Assembly: GCA_010093815.1 (NCBI GenBank)
Contig: ML996580.1
Reading direction: 5' to 3' (one strand)
DNA length: 54,973 bases
DNA from: Pseudovirgaria hyperparasitica
Taxonomy: Eukaryota
The position numbers and the translations under genes are program-made. Position 1 is the stretch's first letter. Every line of letters begins with the position of its first letter. The notes under the pieces are model-generated. The model was given only the letters and a program-made list of their open reading frames with translations. It was not told the DNA's origin and did no database searches. Shown piece by piece: positions 27,110 to 40,590 of this stretch.

Positions 27110-27797
27110 GTTGCTTTAAATTCTTTGCTAACACTGCCAGAGAAAAACATTGTATATCACGATGACTGTACTTAGTTAGTGTTTCTATATTATATAACCT
27201 TTCGACGAAGTCACTAGAGGCTACTGGACTTATATCATACTTTCCTTGTCTCTATGGGATGGGATGCCTAAGATTTCCTATAATGCATAAATGTCTTATG
27301 AAGTGATAGATAAGGTCCCGAACTAGGGATTCCAGGCCAGTATGTGAAGCGCTATAAAGACATACGATTCATTGGTACAGTGCTTTCTACTATGTAAGTG
27401 TACAGTACATTGTGAATATAATAGGTCCAGTTCCTACCTTAGCTCTTAGTAGTTAGAGGATAGTATATGGTCGTTTTAGAAACCAAAAAGCTGATTAGAT
27501 GATTCGCAGTAACAGGGCTTAGAGATAGCGTATGTCTTTCGTTTTTAGGCCAGGACTATAAGCATGGGCCCTATTTACCCGGGTAGGGTATGTGGCATAG
27601 ACAAGGGTTAGCGGACGCCGAGTATTTTGGACATCAACCAATCAAGATGATGCTGACAGGGAAATCTAAAGACTTTGTTTCGTATTTAGCAAGGTCGGTC
27701 ATTCCTAGTTTTCTCTCGGTCCCTCGACTCATTCGAAATTTCTCGCGATAAATACTGTTCTATAGATCATACAATTGATCCGCCGCATACACTCATC

Positions 27798-29240
27798 ATG
27801 TCACGCAGGGGACCAGACACTGTTAGCCTTGATGTTCCTTCTTTATGTTGCGATCTCAAGTCCGCAGTAATGCAATTGCAAGGAAGTAGTCCGATTCAAG
27901 GTACGGAAGAGCTTCTATGCGCTGCTAAGCAGCTCGTGGCAGTACTCGAGCAGCCATTCGACCGCATGGCTCGTTTGGCGAAAGCGGTACGTAGTCGATC
28001 AAAGTTGCATGGAATCTTCCACGCACAATCAGAAATAAGCTCACGTTAGTGTTTGAAGCCGGTAGGTCATGCGGTACTACGAACTGCTATAAATATCGGT
28101 CTATTTGAGCAATTTTATGCCGGAATCAACCATGCGGAAGGATTGGCGGCTCGGTGTGGTGTTGAGAAGACCCTTCTCGGTACATAATCTCCTACCACCC
28201 TTTAGAAATTGCTGACGGTGGTAGTGAGACTGATGAATGTTCTTGTGTCAGAAGGAGTCTTCGAACAATACGGACCACAGCAGTACAAATCTACCTTGAG
28301 CTCTCAGCATATGACATTGCCTGGATTCCGTGCGGTGGTCAGGGGTCTGTATGTCTATCTTAATACTTTCACATGTAACAAAGCTAATCGTAAACTTGAA
28401 GTGCGGAAACCGCTGATATCATGCCACACCTTCCGGATTATTTAGCATCGATTCAGTACAGAAATCCCAGTGAAAATAAACCCGGACTCTTTGGGTTCGC
28501 CAAACGATCAGAGCTGAGCATGTTCGAGTGGTTGGAACAAAATCCCGAAAAGCTCCAGGTTTTTCAAGAATTTCAAAGTGCAAAAGAGGAGATGTTAGAC
28601 ACGAGCTTCGAATCTCTGCTCCGGGAGCTCATAGAATCAACGCCCCCGGTAAAAAAACTTAGCAGCGATGAAGAGTCTTTCCAGACAGACACGGTCTTGC
28701 TATGTGACGTTGGGGGTGGCAGAGGGACAGCTCTACGTAGTGTATCTACGTCAATCCCGAAACTTTCGACATTCGGCAGAACCATAACACAAGACTTGAG
28801 AAGCGTTGTTGAGAGCATAGAGCCATGCCCAGAGTGGGAAGCCATGCCCTACGACTTTTTCGAACCTCAACCAGTGAAAGGTATGTTTGAGGGCAAATGG
28901 CTTTGACTTAACGCTTACATTAAAGTAAGGCGCATACATTTACATGCTTCGAGATGTGCTACACAATTGGTCCGACACAGCTTGTCTGTCCATCCTCAGC
29001 AACATCATCGAGGCAATGGGGCCAAAGTCGCAACTATTAATTCTAGATGCGGTACTACCGGAGACTTGCGCACCTCAATTCATGACATACATCGATATTC
29101 AGATGATGCAGTTTGGCGGAATGGAACGTACTGAGTCACACTGGAGGCATTTACTTTTTCAAGTCGGGTTGGAAGTAGAAAGTATTCAGGTAAGGAATAC
29201 TACAGGGCTGGAGTCGATGATAAGGGTCAAAAAGATTTAG
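27798..29240 (+). CDS. O-methyltransferase (Methyltransf_2 type, fungal secondary metabolism), multi-exon
   Basis: LCDVGGGRG SAM motif, QDL, YDFFEPQPVKG, LRDVLHNWSD, GGMERTESHW; N-terminal dimerisation region; GT-AG introns from 27987 onward. Confidence 0.9.
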
Positions 29241-30938
29241 ATCGTTCTGCTGGTTGCATTACCTGTCCGGGAGTTGATAAGTCGCTTCAAAGAGACCCTA
29301 TGAAACAAGGAATACGATAGGACAGGTATGAAAGGATAGCACAAGAGTACACGAGAGATGATAGTCATGATCACTTGTTCGTCAAATAAAGAGGTGCTAT
29401 TGCAAGACCAAGTAGAGCTCAGATCATAAGCAGGTCAGCAACATTTTAGGTGTAGAATAAGCATGTACCGGGGAAGGCTTCATGTAGTAAAGAGTCTCTC
29501 GAAAGATAACGTAGATCTTATACTATATAGAGGAAAACCGTGGAACTCACTAGTATACTGTACTTCACAGAAGTATGCCGTATCAACATTCTCCATTATA
29601 GCACGGCACAGCACTCTTAGAAAGCGTCTAAATTCATTATGTTGCATACACTCTTATCTTATCCTGTAGTACGATGCTATATATCCTCTGGGATACTTTG
29701 CGAAGGCGATTGCAGAGACGTTCTACCTCACTCACAAAGCTCCCTGTTGACTGCATTCGGGAGTATTAACCACGCTTTGGGAACCAAATCTAGGACATCA
29801 GAGTTCATCGAACTGAACTAAATGCAAACATGATCCAAGCAGGATGCGAGGCAACAGCTATTAAAATACTGTTAAGTGACCAAATTGGGGGACCACGACC
29901 CGAGGAAATGACGTAAAGCAAAGATGACCAAAATGAATGAAACGGTTTTATAAAGACGAGCCGGGGTATTCTTGGCAGTATAAGAAATACTGCAATAAAG
30001 TGAGGACGATCACCCTGCCGCTTGTTTGCGAACTATTAGTTCATTGACCCGACGAGCGGAACGACCTGCCCGCTCTGAAACCCCACGTCTAGATGCTGCG
30101 CCATGCTTACATGCAACATAGAACTCCGTGTAACGGAACACCAGCCTATCCATAGTGCCTCACCTCTACCGGTCTTTCACGATCGCTCATAGACGAGAAC
30201 TTGGTCGTTCTCCCGTGGTGAGTTGAATCCGAATACGAAATCACGCACAGGACACTACCCCGAGATATCAAATATTTTCAGTAATCTAGAATGAACGCGA
30301 TGTACCAGGAAGCAAAGAAATCGATGACTGAAGTGTGGCACATAATGCTGTTTACAGATGGATACGTTCCGGCAGGTGAGTCTGTGCGTATCCCTTGCAA
30401 CCAAAAACTTCTGGACAGCTGTCTCGGTACTCCGCTTTCATACCGCCGGTACAGCAGCAAAGACTGGGCCATGGTTACATCTGGTACTAGTCTGGAGAAG
30501 TTCGCCTCCGCTATTCGGGACTTTCATATGTGCAAGTAGTAATCGACGGTCTAGTAAGACGGTCTTGAGCTTCTGTTCGACACTGTCTAAGCTATCATAT
30601 GTACGAAAATATCCATTAATGAGAGTTCAAATCACGTAGAGTACTATAGTCAAGGTATGATGTGTTATATACACCGGTCCAGGGAGTGCTGCATACTGAT
30701 CACAATCCGAAAGCGGAGCAAGGGTTTCTCCAGGGCCTGGCAAACGATTCAGTGGCAATTTCCACCTTCTTTTAGCAGATCTGCCTCTCTGCGAGCAAAG
30801 GGCTGATCGTATTATATAGAGAATAGATGCACACTATACATATCCATACTTCATAGCATAGTTAACTCATACCAAGCCCCCGAACAACTTAAGTTGGATC
30901 TATTAGAGTTTATAGGCTCACCAATCTACAAACGAAAT

Positions 30939-32168
30939 ATGGAGACTAATAGCACTCCGGTCAGAGTGGTATCGCCGCCACCATTTGTCAGCCGAGAATT
31001 GTTCATGGTTGGTGCTCCAGAACTATGTTAAACTGAACTAAGACGTACCAGAGCTTCTCATGGGGTGGCACAGCGATGTGTACAGTCGCAGTGATCTGTC
31101 GGCTCATTGTACGGTGGTCGTCGTGGCGAAAATTGATGATCGACGACGTCTTCGTAGTAATCGCGTGGTTCCTACTTCTAGGCAGTGCTATCATCTGGCA
31201 ACTTTGTCATGATGGAATGTTTAGACTCATTCTAGTCTCGAGTGGTGTCGAACCAGAGCTTGCACGGGCACCAGGATTTGTTGCTTCTGCCGAGTACTTC
31301 TTACGCGGTAGTGCGGTATTTCTTATATTTCTGTACACGGGCTTGTGGTCGATCAAGATCTCGTTTCTACTGTTCTTTCGCCAGCTTGGTTTGAGGATAA
31401 GGTACTACCAGATTTTCTGGTGGGCTATCACAGCTCTAACAATCGCTACATGGACCGTCTGTATTGGGACAATACAATTTGAGTGCTTGTTAAAATCACT
31501 GGTCGAGATCACTGGACATTGCAATGACCCTGGAGGCACGGCTATCCACTGGCAGAAAGCAACTTTTGCTACTAACTGCACTTTCGATGTCGTCACTGAC
31601 GCCCTTAGTAAGATCTCTTTACTATGCTTCTTTTGATTTCTATTCACTAATCGATTACTTAGTTACAATGCTTCCAATCAGTCTTATCTGGAACGTCAAG
31701 ATAAATCTAAGAAAGAAGTTTATTCTTGCAGGTCTCTTTTCTCTTGTCGTGGTCACGGTTACCATTGCCATAGTACGAATCGCCATGGTCTACGGAGGAT
31801 CGCACATCAGCACTCGCGACCAACCAGAGGTTACTTGGCTCTACTTCTGGTCCATGATAGAGTTCTGTGTCGGTAGGTTGAGGTTCAATGAATTATTATA
31901 GCAAAACAGCGCACGTTGACACTGAGCAGCACTATTTGTTGTATGCATTGGATCCTTTAGGACGTTGTTTTCAGCTGATACAAAGCGCAAAGCGAATATC
32001 GGCCAAGTCGGGCGTATAGTGCACCAGGGCATAGATGGAATAGGGCAGATTACTACAGTAACTGGTGCCCGCTTACTACTACGACGGGGTGCAATAGTTG
32101 ACGAGTCCTATGACCTTGATACACTTGAGCCTTTCACGCCGTTAAGTTCCGAAACATCATGTATATAG
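30939..32168 (+). CDS. Second PTH11-like (fungal rhodopsin-domain) integral membrane protein, multi-exon
   Basis: ATG 30939; CRLIVR...IDDVFV, LWSIKISFLLFFRQL, DVVTDAL, WNVKINLRKK, WSMIEFCV, CIGSFRTLF; GT-AG introns link the ORF pieces. Confidence 0.85.
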
Positions 32169-32229
32169 ATAATAAGCTATACTTAGCTAGAAATCCGCTA
32201 TTAAACGTTATAAGAATCAACAAAGAATC

Positions 32230-32760
32230 GTAGTCTAGTACGATGATAGAATACTATCAAACTAAGAATAGATGGATGGAATTTAGATATCTTACTATCT
32301 ATAGAGTTTACTCCTTAGAAGAAGAAACTAGTTTATATAATCTATTTATATAGAGTAGATCTAGTACACCTAGGAAATATATTATCTATTAGTTATGTAA
32401 TACTTCAATATATATAGAAATAGTATATAGTATACTATACTAGTAGTCTTACTAGTAGAGTTATATAGTATTTAGACCGGATATTAATACTACTTAGTTT
32501 TTAGAATATATACTATAATAGATATTAATAGACTACCTTAATCTAGAATAATATTAGAGATAGCTAGATTTAAAGATAATACTATGTTCTATAATACTAT
32601 TTTTTCTATAAATATATTAGATTAGATATACTAAGTAAGATAGAATAGATATCTTATTATATATATATCTCTAGAGAGAGACTATTATTACTATGCTTAT
32701 AGATACTAAATGTTTTTTATAAAATATGTATATATTTTACTAGAGATAGTAAAAGTATAG
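32230..32760. repeat. AT-rich RIPed relic within the gene island
   Basis: Strong TpA enrichment, no ORFs; boundaries approximate. Confidence 0.55.
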
Positions 32761-33378
32761 GGTTAAGCCATTGTCGCGTAGTCTCGTGACACGCAAGTCT
32801 CATATTGACTTCGACTCTCTGCAGCGCTACAAGTGCCTGTTAGACCGGGCAGACGCCGTCCCGAGGAACACGAGTTACTTTACATAACCTCCAATGGCTC
32901 TGACGCCGGAATAGAGTCAAGCAAAGATTGCACTGTATTTGACGACCTTGATATACCATCGATGAAGCACACGCCGTGGTATCCATCCGAGTGCACGATT
33001 ACTACGGCGTGTGCTTCACGAGATCCGCGCAAGGTTGAGAGGCTTCGCGTTAGTCCGCGGCGCCTATTATCCATCTATGCCAGGCCTTTTATAGTCGACG
33101 CTCTCGAAATTGCTTTTAAATAAGGTTGAAATAGATCTTCTTCCAGGCCCGTGGACATAGATATAATTATCAATCTTCTAATCTTGTATCTGGTCGAAAA
33201 CTCTGTCCTCCATCTACATTTTCAGTCTTCTTAAAACAATTTTCTTAACACTCTTACTTTGTGTCGCACGCCGTCCTTGAAGCTACTACCCAATTGCCAC
33301 ATTCTACGCTAGGTTACTATAGTCAAGTAAGTCATGTCATTCATTATCGAAAGGATGGCTAATTAAGCAATTGCAGAA

Positions 33379-33825
33379 ATGGCAACGTACACACTCTCTA
33401 TTGTGGTTTACGGGGCAGGCGACGATCCCAAAAACCGGTCCCATTGGTCGCTTGTGTTTCATAGTGCTGGAGCAGACAGAGGCAATCTCTTGCAGGTCTC
33501 ACTTATAGATCGTGACCGCCTTTGGTACCAATTCGATCAACGCGACGACGTCACCATTCTTAGTCAAAGCGCCGAGGGCCGTTTTCAGATCGCCACTATT
33601 CCTGCGAACCGATATGCGCAAGCTAGCAAGGTTATTTGCAATGAGCCTCCCCCGAGGAATGGTAAAGACCGATGTCAAGATTGGACGCTGAATTGCATAG
33701 TTGGTCTTGAAGCTGACGAATTGATCCCTGACGGGACTTCTGCGTGGGTTGACGGACTTGTGGGAAAGTCGGCTACGGAACTGGCACAGGCATTAGGAGG
33801 ACGATGGATTGCCAATAGGAGATAG
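33379..33825 (+). CDS. 148-aa DUF6540-like protein (HW...CQDW; possible permuted papain-like fold)
   Basis: Single clean ORF with RSHWSLVF and PPP...RCQDWT motifs; 5' UTR intron 33327-33376 ends just before the ATG. Family call is from recalled motifs, not a search. Confidence 0.72.
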   Translation: MATYTLSIVVYGAGDDPKNRSHWSLVFHSAGADRGNLLQVSLIDRDRLWYQFDQRDDVTILSQSAEGRFQIATIPANRYAQASKVICNEPPPRNGKDRCQDWTLNCIVGLEADELIPDGTSAWVDGLVGKSATELAQALGGRWIANRR

Positions 33826-33868
33826 AGGGAATATGTCTTGCGCAGAAAGGGACGCTGCTTAGAGTCAT

Positions 33869-34786
33869 TTAAAATCCGCTGTACACTACAAGCTCCCTGT
33901 CAAGCTCCTCTAGAATTGAATAAACTTTCACGTCAGTTTCCCCAGCGAAGATAGAATCAATAGTCGCTTTCCATTCTGGGTTTCTTGCTCTTGATCGCGC
34001 TTCGTAATACTCTCTGTCCTTAATACTATATCCTGCAGATCCCCAATCGAGAATACCTGAGATTTTCCCATCCTTTACTAGAATATTGTCACGGTGAAGG
34101 TCACCATGAGTGAAAACAATATCAGGGTCTTGAAGGGTCTCGATGTTTTGTAGCAAAGACTCGTCTCTTGTGTCAAAGGTCTCAGGTGGCCTTGACATTT
34201 CCAAGGCACTTTTGAGGCCGGCGTTATATTCGACTCGGGTTTTATACGGGCCGTAACATGATTTAGATTTCTTGCGCATAGGGGAGTGCTTAAAGAAGAT
34301 ATCTTGGCATGGTTGGTAACCTAGAGCACCATAATAATCGCCTCGAAGCGTTCTCCATTCTTGAAGGTAACCTCGGAGCTCTTGGATTAGAGAATCCTTA
34401 GCCTCTAGCGATAGATTTGGCCACACGTCTGCTAGAGGTTCCCCTTCTAGTTGCGACATCAATATGTACCCAGAATCTCCTATTTCGCCGACCTGGTCGA
34501 CTCTGGCCACAGGTGCGGACGTTTGTGAAGCCACGAGAAGCATCGCTTCCGCTTCCGAGCGCGTGATGCCATAACCAATTTTCAATATCTGTTTCGTATC
34601 GGGAAATGATATAATTCTAGGACCGATTTTTTTCGGGCATATGTCTCTCGCATTATCAGGTAGTAAGATCTCATTTGCGAAAAGTAGAGCCAGGCTAAGA
34701 TAATGTCAGCTTAGGGACAATATGGAATTAAGATTATACTTGTGTGGAAGAGCCTCTTCTAGCGGTCTCGTATCATATGTGTTCAT
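33869..34786 (-). CDS. Aminoglycoside phosphotransferase / choline kinase-like (APH) protein, 2 exons
   Basis: HGDLHRDNILV and GILDWG motifs, LKIG...EAEAM N-lobe; ATG 34786 with intron 34695-34739 (GTATAA...GCTGAC...TAG) in frame with ORF 33869..34585. Confidence 0.88.
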
Positions 34787-34884
34787 GGTTATAGTTACGA
34801 CAAATGTAGCTGGGCAAAGAAGGTGCGTGGATAGGCACGGCCGACTTTCTCGTGCCGAGCGTTTCTTAAGCGTCTAGTGTAAAG

Positions 34885-35015
34885 ATCCGTTAGTAACTTT
34901 TCTAGTATAACTCTTGGCACGTGTCGTGCGTATAACACACATAGTTTTTTACTAATTTTTTAAAACATATACCCTCCCTAGTAACTCTAGTTTTAAGACT
35001 CTAGAATATATTAGA
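34885..35015 (-). mobile_element. Terminus of a second copy of the 20644-21770 TIR family, inverted orientation
   Basis: Its reverse complement aligns with ~21645-21770 (GTTATACGCACGACACGTGCCAAGAGTTATACTAGAAAAGTTACTAACGGAT vs GTTATACACGTAACACGCGCCAAGAGTTACGCTGAAAAAGTTATGGACGGAT). Confidence 0.7.
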
Positions 35016-35021
35016 AGATCT

Positions 35022-35254
35022 TATATATTAGAGTAAATTTATAGTAGTATAGCTAGATAGAATAATAGAGTATATTCTATTATAGAATAAATTACTACTA
35101 AACTCTTTTAGTAGTAATTAAAGAGTATATATATATAAAGAGATACTAATCTATCTAGTATATAACCATTTACTATCTATTATACTATCTTCTAACTAAG
35201 TTACTAGCTATAATATATATAGATCTAGTCTCTATCTAATACTAAGTTCTACTA
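35022..35254 (-). repeat. Family D LTR (solo, inverted)
   Basis: Reverse complement matches 40782-41009. Confidence 0.8.
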
Positions 35255-35320
35255 TACTATATAATATAAAATATTAAGTATATCTATAGTACTTCTTATA
35301 AACCTTATATATATATTATA

Positions 35321-38300
35321 GACTAAAAAAAACTTCTTATACCCTAATAGACTAAACTAGTTAATTTAGGGTAAAATAGCGATTTACATATATTAAACGA
35401 TAGAGTATACCGAGTATAATAATCTCCGATATACATGTATATATATAGTATATAATACGCGACGATACTAACGTATAGAGATACTATATATATACGCTTA
35501 AAGACTCTTCGATAATACGAGTATAGACTATATCTAATAAACGCCGACACGCCGACCCCCTTTTATTAGTTAAGGGCTACCCTTAACTAATAACCATAGC
35601 GGCCTTAGGTATTATAATACCCCGGTATACGCCGGATATACCCCTACTAGTACGGTAGAAACGGCTATATAGCGATATTAATATAGATAGCTAGATACCT
35701 ATCTAAAATATAGGAACTAACTAAGGGTATAAAGTACTATAGATAACCTAGACTAAGGGGACCCTAAGAGGGGAGACCCTCCTAGATAAAATTAAATACT
35801 AGGTAATATATATAGAGAGGGACGCTAAGGAGGGAAAGAAGACCCTCCTTTATATATTCTAGGACCTTATCTAGAACCTAAGAGGAATCATAGAGAAAGA
35901 AAGGAAGTCGCCACGAGAGAAACCTAGTAGTAGGCTCGACTAAATAGAAGCTAGCCTATAGAGAATCTAGGAAGAGCTATTCTAAGGTAAGCGCCCTAAT
36001 ATATAGGCTTAGATTATAGTAATACCCGGAGCTACCGTACTAAGGACTACTAGGACTATAGATAGAGTATATAGTATATATATCGTAATCTAGGATAAGA
36101 ACACGCTAGCGTAGGTCTAATAGGCATCCCTAAAGGAAATTATAAATAAGATTAATAAATAGAAAGGAATGTAGTCGAGTGTTGTGGCTACTAAAGTTAC
36201 GCTAGATAGAGTAGTACTTACTACTATAACGAATACTACGTAGTAAAATATCTTACGAGATCCGAACGTAATAGATAGTATCTTCCCCGGCGCGTCTATT
36301 AGGGTAGCTATATACCCGATTATAGTACACGTAGTACCTATACGGGGATAGGCTATTAGAGCGGAGGATATTACGCGTATAGAATAATCTAACGCGCGAA
36401 AATACCCAGGGATTAAGATCGTAAAAGCGTGGTAGAAGAATCTATAGGCGATTAAGACGACGGCGAAAAAATACTCTACTATAATTATAGAGCTCCGAGA
36501 CCCCACCCTTATATAATATATTATATAGAAGGGATTCCTAATAGAAGGAGAGCTCCTTATAGCCGAGCCATAGAATAGAGTATAGGTAATAATATAGTAC
36601 TTTAACTATTAAGGGTATAGATATACTATATAAAGGTACTTATAGAAGACTAAGTGCGGATAGTACTATAGGGACCACGCTATCTAGGAGTGCCCTTATA
36701 AACCGCGAGGAGACGGACTAAGAAATAGGAATATAGTATAGTATTTAAACTACGATGGGAAACACCTATTATAGTTATTAACGTATATAAAATGTAAATA
36801 GATTATAGAATATATTCGTACGATAAAAGCGAGAGGCGCGAGATAGTTATAGAATATAATACCTACCACGAGCCCTTCCTTTATAACACCCCTAACTTTC
36901 CCTCTAGAAGGTAGTTAGGCGGGATAGTAGACTATCCCGAAGACGATAGGACGACTAAAAGGCATAGTTAAAGCCGCTACCGCGCGAGGATAGTCGCGCC
37001 TCCGAGGAATAAGTATATAGATATATATACTCTCTAGTACCTAATAAGGGACTAGAATATACTCTAAATTATATAGGTAAACGTATAATATAAAAGAGAG
37101 AACTAGGAGACGCTCCTTAAAGAGACCGGGGCTATAATACTCGCCATCTAGAAACCCTATAAACACTACTAGACGAGTAAACCAACCATATACCCCGGAT
37201 ACTATACTATATACCCTCTAGGACTAGAAAGATAAGTCCTCTTCTATATTCATAGATTAATACTACTCTTATTATGGTCGTATACTAAGCGTAATAACCT
37301 TAGAATAACACTACACCTATAAATAGATATAGGCCCCCTATATATATATAATATATATAACTAATAACGTATACTTATACTAGACGAGATGCTTAAGGGT
37401 ACTACGGAACCAGGGTAATATATCCTCCTAGGAGACTTTAACCTCTACTACTAATAGTAGGGAGGCCTAGCCGTAGTTAGAGAAGAACTTAGAGTAAGGG
37501 AACTACGTACCCGCTACCACGACTTTCTATACCTACTTATATCTATAGAATAAGTTATATAGAAAAAATATAAATAGAACGAAGACGGGTCTATGCTTAA
37601 CCTTACCTTCGCCACGGAGTATATTAGTTACCAGATCTAATACTACCGCCTAGGCTAGGTATAGACGGATTCCGACTATAAATATATAGAAACCGTAATA
37701 AACGTATATACCCCGAATAAATAATAGGGATAATAGATATAGAAGGACACTAACTAGGAAAAGTACCTAAAGGACCTAGAATCGGCGATTCTAGATCCCT
37801 CTATAGTCGATATATCTAACGACCTAGCCATAGACTAGGCCATATAGACACTCCTATAAATATACTAGAATACGAGAAATAAACACGTACTATACTAAAT
37901 ATACCGGCCCCTAGAAGTAAAGGGGATTCCTTAAGTATGGGAAAGTAGATAAGACGCCTAAAGGCTATATAGACGCGTACACCGTATAAGAATACCCGAG
38001 TTATAGAAAGAATAGAAGGAAGTAATATAATAACGCGATAAAGTCCTCTATAACGAAAGGCGTAAATAGTAGCGTATAATTACTAGTTAATAGACACGAT
38101 ACGTAATAGGGCTATAGTATATAGTAAAATAGGCCAAGGGCGTAGATACTCCGATACCCCTACTACTTATACCTCCCCTAATATATTAGGGGAGAATATA
38201 CTCCACGGGCCTTAAGAAAACTAAGGCTCTATAGAAGGCTATATTCCCTCTCCCGGAACTAGTAGACCTATTAGACGTTCACGGCGCTAAATATCTATAC

Positions 38301-40590
38301 GCGGTAGATATCCCCGAAGAAGTTACGGAGGAGGATATACTTAATATTATTAAGATACTTCTAAATAATAAAGTACCTAGACTAGATAGAATTCTAAATT
38401 AATATCTAAAAAGCACTATAAAAGCGACCCTACCGCTTATTACTCGTATATTCTAAGCATACGTCACGTAGGGGTACCACCCCTAGAGCTTCCGAGTCGT
38501 CTATACTATTATACTTCCGAAACTAGGAAAGAGCCCTAACTCTCTAAAGGGATAGAGACTAATCGCCCTTCTCTTCTATCTAGGTAAGATACTAGAGGCT
38601 ATAATAGTAAAGAAGATAAGTACCGCGGTATAGGAATATAATCTCCTCCCTCTAAACCAGAAGGTAAAGATAGATAGCTCCCTAATAATAGCTATCTAAT
38701 ATATTATTAAAGTCGTCTAGGCCGTATAGAAATAGGGACGGGTAGTATCGCTTCTTTCCCTTAATATAGCCGGAGCGTTTAATAAGGTAAACTATATAAG
38801 ACTTATTTATAACCTCCGGATGAGACGAATACTAGAATAGATTATACGCTTTATATAGTTATTCCTTATAGGAAGAATAACTTAGATATATATTTCTAGG
38901 TACTAGAGCGAATATAAAGAGACGGTATACGGCATTCTATAAGGGAGTACTATCTCTCTAATTCTATTTCTCTTCTTTACGGTAGACCTTCTTTAAGAAA
39001 TAAAGTATATAGAGATAGTTAGATACGCCGATAATATATACCTTCTAGCTATTAATAATAATACTAACCGAACGTATAGATAACTAGAATAGAACTATAA
39101 GAGGTATCTCTAGTAGGTAAAACGCTACGGAGTAAAGTTCGCCCCGGAGAAATACTAGCTTATATACTTTATTAATCGTTAAGGGAAATAGGTAACTAGG
39201 GAAGGCGAATAACGCCCCCGAATTAACGTATTTAACGAACTACTAGTATAAAGTATACACGTGCTCGGAGTTATACTAGATAGTAAGCTTAAATAGGGAC
39301 CATAAGTAGTATACGCTGTCTCTAGGGCCCTCTAGATAGAAGCCGCTATATAATAGATTATAGTCTCCACGTAGAGAACCGCCTAGGATAAGGCACGCTA
39401 GCTATATATATCTATAGCACGACCCGCCTTTATATATAGACACGAGTGCTAGTATACGGCCCTTATATAGACTAGGCGAATAAAGCTTAAATCTATATAG
39501 AATAGTATACTCCGTCTTATATTAGGCGTATATAAAGCTACTAACACGGTACTACTATAACGCGAGATAGACGTTATAAGTATATATAACTTCTACTAGA
39601 TATAGAGGGTGGTATACTTTACTAAATAATAAGTATAGGAACGTATAGGAAACGTAGAATATACTTTCGCTACGCTACGCGTATAAATTAGTATATATTA
39701 CCGTGTACTTCTATATATAGGCCGGAATCGAATACGGTATAGATGCTTAATAGAAGCTAACTCTAGCTAAGTAGTATAAGAAGTCCGAGATAACCTAGAC
39801 GCTCTTCTAGACTAGTAGAGCCTTTAAGAACTCGTGAAAAATATACGGTCGTAGACTTAAGATAAGTAGAAAGAGGCACTCCGTACCTACTAGACCTTCT
39901 AGTAGAATAGGTACCTAGAGTAGATTTAAGGGCTATAGAAGGAACTAAGTAAATAGATATATAAAGGGCTAACGAAAGTCTAAGTATCTATACTTATCTA
40001 AGCCCGAACGGGCGCTATAGAACTCCTATACTACATCTATAAGAGAGGCGTTCCCGATACCTCTCTATAGTATAAGGCGTGCGGCCGGAGAGGTATAATA
40101 CGCTACTATCTAGCTATATACCCTAACCTCTATATATAATGGTAATAGCTTATCTACGTTATAAAGACTTTAGATATCGTATAATAGCTTAATAAGTACC
40201 CTAAGGACGTCTCCCGATAGATACTTATATATCTACTACTCCTCTAGTACTAGTAGACCCGGAAATATATGCCGGAAGAGACCCGGTATACGCCGGTAGT
40301 AACCCGATATATACCGGAAGAACCCTAGGAGAACCCTAATTATTAGTCGAGGGCAGCCCTTAACTAATAACCTCCGTACCTATATATACTACCTAAGGGT
40401 AAAATAATAGTAATATAGGCTATAGGCTAATAGGCGTACTCTATAGCTATATACTTAAGACGAAATAGAGGTTTAACGAGATGTAGTTATAGATATAAGG
40501 AAGTTTTTCTCTATAGGGTTTCTTCTTATATAGTGGCTTAGACTAGAGGAGGCATAGGCCTATAGAGTACTACTCTACCTAGTTATATAA

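Noticed and set aside
19750..31647. Short ORFs overlapping the island genes in other frames or strands
   Set aside because: Explained as shadows of the spliced gene models.
32758..32768. TAGGGTTAAG as an interstitial telomere
   Set aside because: Fewer than two repeat units; expected by chance.
32833..33123. ORFs 32833..33123 and 32880..33074
   Set aside because: No recognisable motifs, non-ATG start for the longer one; likely promoter region of the DUF6540-like gene.
18679..34786. Starship or Spok-type element
   Set aside because: No tyrosine-recombinase captain gene and no Spok-sized ORF are visible.
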